A stretch of 64,000 nt of DNA from Mobula hypostoma (taxonomy: Eukaryota). The position numbers were made by a program, and so were the translations under genes. Location: contig NC_086124.1 in NCBI RefSeq assembly GCF_963921235.1, forward strand, positions 24,056,001-24,120,000. Direction: 5' to 3'. Of this stretch, positions 10,866 through 21,300 are shown piece by piece; position 1 is the stretch's first letter; every line of letters starts with the position of its first letter. The notes under the pieces are model-generated. The model was not told the origin of the DNA, ran no database searches, and saw nothing but the letters and a program-made list of their open reading frames with translations.

Positions 10866-11517
10866 CAAGCAACACACATAAAAGTTGCTGGTGAATGCAG
10901 CAGGCCAGGCACCATCTATAGGAAGAGGTACAGTCGACGTTTCGGGCTGAGACCCTTCGTCAGGACTAACTGAAAGAAGAGCGAGTAAGAGATTTGGAAG
11001 TGGGAGAGGGAGGGGGAGATCCAAAATAATAGGAGAAGACAGGATGGGGAGGGGAAGATCTGAAATGATAGGAGAAGACAGGAGGGGGAGGGATGGAGCC
11101 AGGAGCTGGACAGTTGATTGGCAAAAGGGATATGAGAGGATCATCAGATGGGAGGCCTAGGGAAAAAGAAAGGGGGAGGGGTGAAGCCTAGAGGATAGGC
11201 AAGGAGTATAGTGAGAGGGACAGAGTGAGAAAAAGGAGTGAGAGAAAAAGAATATATTAAAGAATATATATATATAAATAAATAACGGATGGGGTACGAG
11301 GGAGAGGAGGGGCATTAACAGAAGTTAGAGAAGACAATGTTCATGCTATCAGGTTGGAGGCTACCCAGATGGAATATAAGGTGTTGTTCCTCCAACCTGA
11401 GTGTGGCTTCATCTTGACAGTAGAGGAGGCCATGGGTAGACATATCAGAATGGGAATGGGATGTGGAATTAAAATGTGTGGCCACTGGGAGATCCTGCTT
11501 TCTCTGGCGGACAGAGC
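10866..11517 (-). mobile_element. Penelope-like element 3' fragment (GIY-YIG C-terminus plus pLTR)
   Basis: Minus strand translates DLPVATHFNSTSHSHSDMSTHGLLYCQDEATLRLEEQHLIFHLGSLQPDSMNIVFSNFC*, followed by the pLTR also seen at 32350-32730 and 46095-46340. Confidence 0.8.
10932..10967 (-). ncRNA. Minimal type I hammerhead ribozyme motif
   Basis: AGTC-CTGACGA-A-GGG(TCTCAG)CCC-GAAACGTC-GACT: intact CUGANGA and GAAA cores, 4-bp stem I, palindromic ACGU stem III, GUC cleavage triplet. Confidence 0.7.
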
Positions 11518-11534
11518 GATCAATAACAATATTT

Positions 11535-11845
11535 GATGGATTTCATTAAGATGCTCCACCTCATTCTCCTAAAATCCAGCAAGTACAGACCCAGAATCAT
11601 CAAATGCTCCTGTTGCGTTAACCCTTTCATTCATAGTGCTTGTGAACCTCCTTTGGACCCTCCTCCAATGCAAGCAGATGCTTTCTTAGGGGCCCCAAAC
11701 TACTCACGATACTTCAAGTGTGGTTTGACCAATGCCTTTAAAGCCTCAGCATTACATCCTTGCTTTTTTATTCTAGCCCTCCGGAAATGGCTGCTAACAT
11801 TGAATTTGCCTTCCTTATCATTGATTTAACCTTCAAATTAACCTG
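11535..11845 (-). mobile_element. CR1 ORF2 fragments
   Basis: Reverse-complement CR1 C-terminal motifs (LVKPHLKY...; MNERVNAT...). Confidence 0.7.
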
Positions 11846-12070
11846 GGAAACTGGGACGAGCAGTGGTCACATCTCAGAAGTCACTCTGGAGTTGGCAATC
11901 TGGACTCACTCAGTTTGTAGTCAATAGCCAGGAATCAGAAGTCAGTGCTCACTGACCCAGTCCTCACACTAATCCCAGCACCCCTCTCTCCCAGTGTGGG
12001 GAACAACCCAGTGTTTGGATAAGTTCTTGTGTCAGTCTCCCCACATCTGTTTGTCTATATGTTCACAGAC

Positions 12071-12245
12071 TAATTAGGCCATTTGGCCCCGTGAGTCTGC
12101 TCCACCATTTCATCATGGCTGATCCAATTTTCCTCTCAGAAGGCAGGAGACTGGGGCTGACAGAAAATTGGATCAGCCATGATGAAATGGTGGAGCAGAC
12201 TTGATGGGCCAAATGGCCTAATTCTGCTCCTCTATCTTATGGTCT
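12071..12245. repeat. Fold-back (inverted) pair of CR1 3' ends, arms about 67 bp
   Basis: 12072-12139 is the near-perfect reverse complement of about 12157-12223, with a spacer of about 18 bp. Confidence 0.8.
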
Positions 12246-12344
12246 CCTCCCACTGCCCCAATCTCTCCCCTGAGTCCTGTGTCAAACGAATCCCACTATT
12301 CCACTCTCTCTTCACAGCCCTTTGTCAATTCCCAAACTAATCCA

Positions 12345-15300
12345 ACTGCCCCGCTCTAACCCCCCAGCCCCGCGACAGTCACCGGGCTCTCACTGCCCCG
12401 CTCTCTCCCCGCAGCCCCGCGACAGTCACCGGGCTCTCACTGCCCCGCGTTCTCCCCTCAGCCCCGCGTCAGTCACCGGGCTCTCACTGCCCCGCGTTCT
12501 CCCCCCAGCCCCGCGTCAGTCACCGGGCTCTCACTGCCCCGCTCTCTCCCCTCAGCCCCGTGTCAATCACCGGGCTCTCACTGCCCCGCGTTCTCCCTTC
12601 AGCCCCGCGTCAGTCACCGGGCTCTCACTGCCCGCGTTCTCCCCCCAGCTCCGTGTCAGTCACCGGGCTCTCACTGCCCCGCTCTCTCCCCTCAGCCCCG
12701 TGTCAATCACCGGGCTCTCACTGCCCCGCGTTATCCCTTCAGCCCCGCGTCAGTCACCGGGCTCTCACTGCCCCGCGTTCTCCCCCCAGCCCCGTGTCAG
12801 TCACCGGGCTCTCACTGCCCCGCTCTCTCCCCTCAGCCCCGTGTCAGTCACCGGGCTCTCACTGCCCCGCGTTCTCCCCCCAGCCCCGCGTCAGTCACCG
12901 GGCTCTCACTGCCCCGCTCTCACCCCTCAGCCCCGTGTCAGTCACCGGGCACTCACTGCCCCACACTCTCCCCTCAGCCCCGTGTCAGTCACCGGGCTCT
13001 CACTGCCCCGCGTTCTCCCCCCAGCCCCGTGTCAGTCACCGGGCTCTCAGTGCCCCGCGTTCTCCTCTCAGCCCCGTGTCAGTCACCGGGTACTCACTGC
13101 CCCGCGTTCTCCCCGCAGCCCCGCGTCAGTCACCGGGCTCTCACTGCCCCGCTCTCTCCCCTCAGCCCCGTATCAGTCACCGGGCTCTCACTGCCCCGCT
13201 CTCTCCCCTCAGCCCCGTGTCAATCACCGGGCTCTCACTGCCCCGCGTTCTCCATTCAGCCCCGCGTCAGTCACCGGGCTCTCACTGCCCCGCGTTCTCC
13301 CCCCAGCCCCGCGTCAGTCACCGGGCTCTCACTGCCCCGCTCTCTCCCCTCAGCCCCGTGTCAGTCACCGGGCTCTCACTGCCCCGCTCTCTCCCCTCAG
13401 CCCCGCGTCAGTCACCGGGCTCTCACTGCCCCGCGTTCTCCCCCCAGCCCCGCGTCAGTCACCGGGCTCTCACTGCCCCGCTCTCTCCCCTCAGCCCCGT
13501 GTCAGTCACCAGGCTCTCACGGCCCCGCGTTCTCCCCCCAGTCCCGTGTCAGTCACCGGGCTCTCACTGCCCCGCGTTCTCCTCTCAGCCCCGTGTCAGT
13601 CACCGGGTTCTCACTGCCCCGCGTTCTCCCCGCAGCCCCGCGTCAGTCACCGGGCTCTAACTGCCCCGCTCTCTCCCCTCAGCCCCGTGTCAGTCACCGG
13701 GCTCTCACTGCCCCGCGTTCTCCCCCCAGCCCCGTGTCAGTCACCGGGCTCTCTCTGCCCCGCTCTCTCCCCTCAGCCCCGTGTCAGTCACCGGGCTCTC
13801 ACTGCCCCGCCTTCTCCCCCCAGCCCCGCGTCAGTCACCGGGCTCTCACTGCCCCGCGTTCTCCCCCCAGCCCCGTGTCAGTCACCGGGCTCTCACTGCC
13901 CCGCTCTCTCCCCTCAGCCCCGTGTGAGTCACCGGGCTCTCACTGCCCCGCTCTCTCCCCTCAGCCTCGTGTCAGTCACCGGGCTCTCACTGCCCCGCGT
14001 TCTCCCCCCAGCCCCGTGTCAGTCACCGGGCTCTCACTGCCCGCGTTCTCCTCTCAGCCCCGTGTCAGTCACCGGGCTCTCACTGCCCCGCGTTCTCCCC
14101 GCAGCCCCGCGTCAGTCACCGGGCTCTCACTGCCCCGCTCTCTCCCCTCAGCCCCGTGTCAGTCACCGGGCTCTCACTGCCCCGCGTTCTCCCCCCAGCC
14201 CCGTGTCAGTCACCGGGCTCTCACTGCCCCGCTCTCTCCCCTCAGCCCCGTGTCAGTCACCGGGCTCTCACTGCCCCGCTCTCTCCCCTCAGCCTCGTGT
14301 CAGTCACCGGGCTCTCACTGCCCCGCGTTCTCCCCCCAGCCCCGTGTCAGTCACCGGGCTCTCTCTGCCACGCTCTCTCCCCTCAGCCCCGTGTCAGTCA
14401 CCGGGCTCTCACTGCCCCGCGTTCTCCCCCCAGCCCCGCGTCAGTCACCGGGCTCTCACTGCCCCGCGTTCTCCCCCCAGTCCCGTGTCAGTCACCGGGC
14501 TCTCACTGCCCCGCTCTCTCCCCGCAGCCCCGTGTCAGTCACCGGGCTCTCACTGCCCTGCTCTCTCCCCTCAGCCCCGTGTCAGTCACCGGGCTCTCAC
14601 TGCCCCGCGTTCTCCCCCCAGCCCCGTGTCAGTCACCGGGCTCTCACTGCCCCGCTCTCTCCCCTCAGCCCCGTGTCAGTCACCGGGCTCTCACTGCCCC
14701 GCGTTCTCCCCCCAGCCGCGCGTCAGTCACCGGGCTCTCACTGCCCCGCGTTCTCCCCCCAGCCCCGTGTCAGTCACCGGGCTCTCACTGCCCCGCGTTC
14801 TCCCCCCAGACCCGTGTCAGTCACCGGGCTCTCACTGCCCCGCGTTCTCCCCCCAGCCCCGTGTCAGTCACCGGGCTCTCACTGCCCCGCGTTCTCCCTT
14901 CAGCCCCGCGTCAGTCACCGGGCTCTCACTGCCCCGCGTTCTCCCCTCAGCCCCGTGTCAGTCACCGGGCTCTCACTGCCCCGCGTTCTCCCCTCAGCCC
15001 CGCTTCAGTCACCGGGCTCTCACTGCCCCGCGTTCTCCCCCCAGCCCCGTGTCAGTCACCGGGCTCTCACTGCCCCGCGTTCTCCCCCCAGCCCCGCGTC
15101 AGTCACCGGGCTCTCACTGCTCCGCGTTCTCCCCTCAGCCCCGTGTCAGTCACCGGGCTCTCACTGCCCCGCGTTCTCCCCCCAGCCCCGTGTCAGTCAC
15201 CGGGCTCTCACTGCCCCGCCTTCTCCCCCCAGCCCCGTGTCAGTCACCGGGCTCTCACTGCCCCGCGTTCTCCCTTCAGCCCCGTGTCAGTCACCGGGCT

Positions 15301-18300
15301 CTCACTGCCCCGCGTTCTCCCTTCAGCCCCGCGTCAGTCACCGGGCTCTCACTGCCCCGCGTTCTCCCCCCAGCCCCGTGTCAGTCACCGGGCTCTCACT
15401 GCCCCGCGTTCTCCCTTCAGCCCCGTGTCAGTCACCGGGCTCTCACTGCCCCGCGTTCTCCCCTCAGCCCCGTGTCAGTCACCGGGCTCCCACTGCCCCG
15501 CGTTCTCCCCCAAGCCCCGCGTCAGTCACCGGGCTCTCACTGCCCCGCGTCCCCCCCCGCAGCTCCGCGTCAGTCACCGGGCTCTCACTGCCCCGCGTTC
15601 TCCCCTCAGCCCCGTGTCAGTCACCGGGCTCTCACTGCCCCGCTCTCACCCCTCAGCCCCGCGTTAGTCACCGGGCTCTCACTGCCCGCGTTCTCCCCCC
15701 AGCCCCGTGTCAGTCACCGGGCTCTCAGTGCCCCGTGTTCTCCTCTCAGCCCCGTGTCAGTCACCGGGCTCTCACTGCCCCGCGTTCTCCCCCCAGCCCC
15801 GTGTCAGTCACCGGGCTCTCACTGCCCCGCTTTCTCCCCTCAGCCCCGTGTCAGTCACCGGGCTCTCACTGCCCCGCTCTCTCCCCTCAGCCCCGCGTCA
15901 GTCACCGGGCTCTAACTGCCCCGCGTTCTCCCCCCAGCCCCGTGTCAGTCACCGGGCTCTCACTGCCCCGCTCTCTCCCCTCAGCCCCGTGTCAGTCACC
16001 GGGCTCTCACTGCCCCGCTCTCTCCCCTCAGCCCCGTGTCAGTCACCGGGCTCTCACTGCCCCGCGTTCTCCCCCCAGCCCCGTGTCAGTCACCGGGCTC
16101 TCACTGCCCCGCTCTCTCCCCTCAGCCCCGTGTCAGTCACCGGGCTCTCACTGCCCCGCGTTCTCCCCCCAGCCCCGTGTCAGTCACCGGGCTCTCACTG
16201 CCCCGCGTTCTCCCCCCAGACCCGTGTCAGTCACCGGGCTCTCACTGCCCCGCGTTCTCCCCCCAGCCCCGTGTCAGTCACCGGGCTCTCACTGCCCCGC
16301 GTTCTCCCTTCAGCCCCGCGTCAGTCACCGGGCTCTCACTGCCCCGCGTTCTCCCCTCAGCCCCGTGTCAGTCACCGGGCTCTCACTGCCCCGCGTTCTC
16401 CCCTCAGCCCCGCGTCAGTCACCGGGCTCTCACTGCCCCGCGTTCTCCCCCCAGCCCCGTGTCAGTCACCGGGCTCTCACTGCCCCGCGTTCTCCCCCCA
16501 GCCCCGCGTCAGTCACCGGGCTCTCACTGCTCCGCGTTCTCCCCTCAGCCCCGTGTCAGTCACCGGGCTCTCACTGCCCCGCGTTCTCCCCCCAGCCCCG
16601 TGTCAGTCACCGGGCTCTCACTGCCCCGCGTTCTCCCTTCAGCCCCGAGTCAGTCACCGGGCTCTCACTGCCCCGCGTTCTCCCTTCAGCCCCGCGTCAG
16701 TCACCGGGCTCTCACTGCCCCGCGTTCTCCCCTCAGCCCCGTGTCAGTCACCGGGCTCTCACTGCCCCGCGTTCTCCCCCCAGCCCCGTGTCAGTCACCG
16801 GGCTCTCACTGCCCCGCTCTCTCCCCTCAGCCCCGTGTCAGTCACCGGGCTCTCACTGCCCCGCGTTCTCCCCCCAGCCCCGCGTCAGTCACCGGGCTCT
16901 CACTGCCCCGCGTTCTCCCCCCAGCCCCGTGTCAGTCACCGGGCTCTCACTGCCCCGCGTTCTCCCCCCAGCCCCGTGTCAGTCACCGGGCTCTCACTGC
17001 CCCGCGTTCTCCCCTCAGCCCCGTGTCAGTCACCGGGCTCTCACTGCCCCGCGTTCTCCCTTCAGCCCCGCGTCAGTCACCGGGCTCTCACTGCCCCGCG
17101 TCCCCCCCCCCCAGCCCCGTATCAGTCACCGGGCTCTCACTGCCCCGCTCTCTCCCCTCAGCCCCGTGTCAGTCACCGGGCTCTCACTGCCCCGCTCTCT
17201 CCCCTCAGCCCCGTGTCAGTCACCGGGCTCTCACTGCCCCGCGTTCTCCCCCCAGCCCCGTGTCAGTCACCGGGCTCTCACTGCCCCGCTCTCTCCCCTC
17301 AGCCCCGTGTCAGTCACCGGGCTCTCACTGCCCCGCGTTCTCCCCCCAGCCGCGCGTCAGTCACCGGGCTCTCACTGCCCCGCGTTCACCCCCCCAGCCC
17401 CGTGTCAGTCACCGGGCTCTCACTGCCCCGCGTTCTCCCCCCAGACCCGTGTCAGTCACCGGGCTCTCACTGCCCCGCGTTCTCCCTTCAGCCCCGCGTC
17501 AGTCACCGGGCGCTCACTGCCCCGCGTTCTCCCCTCAGCCCCGTGTCAGTCACCGGGCTCTCACTGCCCCGCGTTCTCCCCTCAGCCCCGCGTCAGTCAC
17601 CGGGCTCTCACTGCCCCGCGTTCTCCCCCCAGCCCCGTGTCAGTCACCGGGCTCTCACTGCCCCGCGTTCTCCCCTCAGCCCCGTGTCAGTCACCGGGCT
17701 CTCACTGCCCCGCGTTCTCCCTTCAGCCCCGTGTCAGTCACCGGGCTCTCACTGCCCCGAGTTCTCCCTTCAGCCCCGCGTCAGTCACCGGGCTCTCACT
17801 GCCCCGCGTTCTCCCCCCAGCCCCGTGTCAGTCACCGGGCTCTCACTGCCCCGCGTTCTCCCCCCAGCCCCGTGTCAGTCACCGGGCTCTCACTGCCCCG
17901 CGTTCTCCCCTCAGCCCCGTGTCAGTCACCGGGCTCTCACTGCCCCGCGTTCTCCCCCCAGCCCCGCGTCAGTCACCGGGCTCTCACTGCCCCGCGTCCC
18001 CCCCCCACCCCAGCTCCGCGTCAGTCACCGGGCTCTCACTGCCCCGCGTTCTCCCCTCAGCCCCGTGTCAGTCACCGGGCTCTCACTGCCCCGCGTTCTC
18101 CCCTCAGCCCCGCGTCAGTCACCGGGCTCTCACTGCCCGCGTTCTCCCCCCAGCCCCGTGTCAGTCACCGGGCTCTCAGTGCCCCGCGTTCTCCTCTCAG
18201 CCCCGTGTCAGTCACCGGGCTCTCACTGCCCCGCGTTCTCCCCCCAGCCCCGTGTCAGTCACCGGGCTCTCACTGCCCCGCTTTCTCCCCTCAGCCCCGT

Positions 18301-21300
18301 GTCAGTCACCGGGCTCTCACTGCCCCGCTCTCTCCCCTCAGCCCCGCGTCAGTCACCGGGCTCTCACTGCCCCGCGTTCTCCCCCCAGCCCCGTGTCAGT
18401 CACCGGGCTCTCACTGCCCCGCTCTCTCCCCTCAGCCCCGTGTCAGTCACCGGGCTCTGACTGCCCCGCGTTCTCCCCCCAGCCCCGTGTCAGTCACCGG
18501 GCTCTCACTGCCCCGCTCTCTCCCCTCAGCCCCGTGTCAGTCACCGGGCTCTCACTGCCCCGCGTTCTCCCCCCAGCCCCGTGTCAGTCACCGGGCTCTC
18601 AGTGCCCCGCGTTCTCCTCTCAGCCCCGTGTCAGTCACCGGGCTCTCACTGCCCCGCGTTCTCCCTTCAGCCCCGCGTCAGTCACCGGGCTCTCACTGCC
18701 CCGCGTTCTCCCCCCAGCCCCGTATCAGTCACCGGGCTCTCACTGCCCCGCTCTCTCCCCTCAGCCCCGTGTCAGTCACCGGGCTCTCACTGCCCCGCGT
18801 TCTCCCCCCAGCCGCGCGTCAGTCACCGGGCTCTCACTGCCCCGCGTTCTCCCCCCAGCCCCGTGTCAGTCACCGGGCTCTCACTGCCCCGCGTTCTCCC
18901 CCCAGACCCGTGTCAGTCACCGGGCTCTCACTGCCCCGCGTTCTCCCCCCAGCCCCGTGTCAGTCACCGGGCTCTCACTGCCCCGCGTTCTCCCTTCAGC
19001 CCCGCGTCAGTCACCGGGCTCTCACTGCCCCGCGTTCTCCCCTCAGCCCCGTGTCAGTCACCGGGCTCTCACTGCCCCGCGTTCTCCCCTCAGCCCCGGG
19101 TCAGTCACCGGGCTCTCACTGCCCCGCGTTCTCCCCCCAGCCCCGTGTCAGTCACCGGGCTCTCACTGCCCCGCGTTCTCCCCCCAGCCCGCGTCAGTCA
19201 CCGGGCTCTCACTGCTCCGCGTTCTCCCCTCAGCCCCGTGTCAGTCACCGGGCTCTCACTGCCCCGCGTTCTCCCCCCAGCCCCGTGTCAGTCACCGGGC
19301 TCTCACTGCCCCGCGTTCTCCCTTCAGCCCCGTGTCAGTCACCGGGCTCTCACTGCCCCGCGTTCTCCCTTCAGCCCCGCGTCAGTCACCGGGCTCTCAC
19401 TGCCCCGCGTTCTCCCCCCAGCCCCGTGTCAGTCACCGGGCTCTCACTGCCCCGCGTTCTCCCTTCAGCCCCGTGTCAGTCACCGGGCTCTCACTGCCCC
19501 GCGTTCTCCCCTCAGCCCCGTGTCAGTCACCGGGCTCTCACTGCCCCGCGTTCTCCCTTCAGCCCCGCGTCAGTCACCGGGCTCTCACTGCCCCGCGTTC
19601 TCCCTTCAGCCCCGCGTCAGTCACCGGGCTCTCACTGCCCCGCGTTCTCCCCTCAGCCCCGTGTCAGTCACCGGGCTCTCACTGCCCCGCGTTCTCCCCT
19701 CAGCCCCGCGTCAGTCACCGGGCTCTCACTGCCCCGCGTTCTCCCCCCAGCCCCGTGTCAGTCACCGGGCTCTCACTGCCCCGCGTTCTCCCCCCAGCCC
19801 GCGTCAGTCACCGGGCTCTCACTGCTCCGCGTTCTCCCCTCAGCCCCGTGTCAGTCACCGGGCTCTCACTGCCCCGCGTTCTCCCCCCAGCCCCGTGTCA
19901 GTCACCGGGCTCTCACTGCCCCGCGTTCTCCCTTCAGCCCCGTGTCAGTCACCGGGCTCTCACTGCCCCGCGTTCTCCCCCCAGCCCCGTGTCAGTCACC
20001 GGGCTCTCACTGCCCCGCGTTCTCCCTTCAGCCCCGTGTCAGTCACCGGGCTCTCACTGCCCCGCGTTCTCCCCCCAGCCCCGTGTCAGTCACCGGGCTC
20101 TCACTGCCCCGCGTTCTCCCTTCAGCCCCGCGTCAGTCACCGGGCTCTCACTGCCCCGCGTTCTCCCCTCAGCCCCGTGTCAGTCACCGGGCTCTCACTG
20201 CCCCGCGTTCTCCCCTCAGCCCCGCGTCAGTCACCGGGCTCTCACTGCCCCGCGTTCTCCCCCCAGCCCCGTGTCAGTCACCGGGCTCTCACTGCCCCGC
20301 GTTCTCCCCCCAGCCCGCGTCAGTCACCGGGCTCTCACTGCTCCGCGTTCTCCCCTCAGCCCCGTGTCAGTCACCGGGCTCTCACTGCCCCGCGTTCTCC
20401 CTTCAGCCCCGTGTCAGTCACCGGGCTCTCACTGCCCCGCGTTCTCCCTTCAGCCCCGCGTCAGTCACCGGGCTCTCACTGCCCCGCGTTCTCCCTTCAG
20501 CCCCGTGTCAGTCACCGGGCTCTCACTGCCCCGCGTTCTCCCTTCAGCCCCGTGTCAGTCACCGGGCTCTCACTGCCCCGCGTTCTCCCCTCAGCCCCGT
20601 GTCAGTCACCGGGCTCTCACTGCCCCGCGTTCTCCCTTCAGCCCCGCGTCAGTCACCGGGCTCTCACTGCCCCGCGTTCTCCCTTCAGCCCCGCGTCAGT
20701 CACCGGGCTCTCACTGCCCCGCGTTCCCCTTCAGCCCCGTATCAGTCACCGGGCTCTCACTGCCCCGCTCTCTCCCCTCAGCCCCGTGTCAGTCACCGGG
20801 CTCTCACTGCCCCGCTCTCTCCCCTCAGCCCCGTGTCAGTCACCGGGCTCTCACTGCCCCGCTCTCTCCCCCCAGCCCCGTGTCAGTCACCGGGCTCTCA
20901 CTGCCCCGCTCTCTCCCCTCAGCCCCGTGTCAGTCACCGGGCTCTCACTGCCCCGCGTTCTCCCCCCAGCCGCGCGTCAGTCACCGGGCTCTCACTGCCC
21001 CGCGTTCTCCCTCCAGCCCCGTGTCAGTCACCGGGCTCTCACTGCCCCGCGTTCTCCCCCCAGACCCGTGTCAGTCACTGGGCTCTCACTGCCCCGCGTT
21101 CTCCCCCCAGCCCCGTGTCAGTCACCGGGCTCTCACTGCCCCGCGTTCTCCCTTCAGCCCCGCGTCAGTCACCGGGCTCTCACTGCCCCGCGTTCTCCCC
21201 TCAGCCCCGCGTCAGTCACCGGGCTCTCACTGCCCCGCGTTCTCCCCTCAGCCCCGCGTCAGTCACCGGGCTCTCACTGCCCCGCGTTCTCCCCCCAGCC

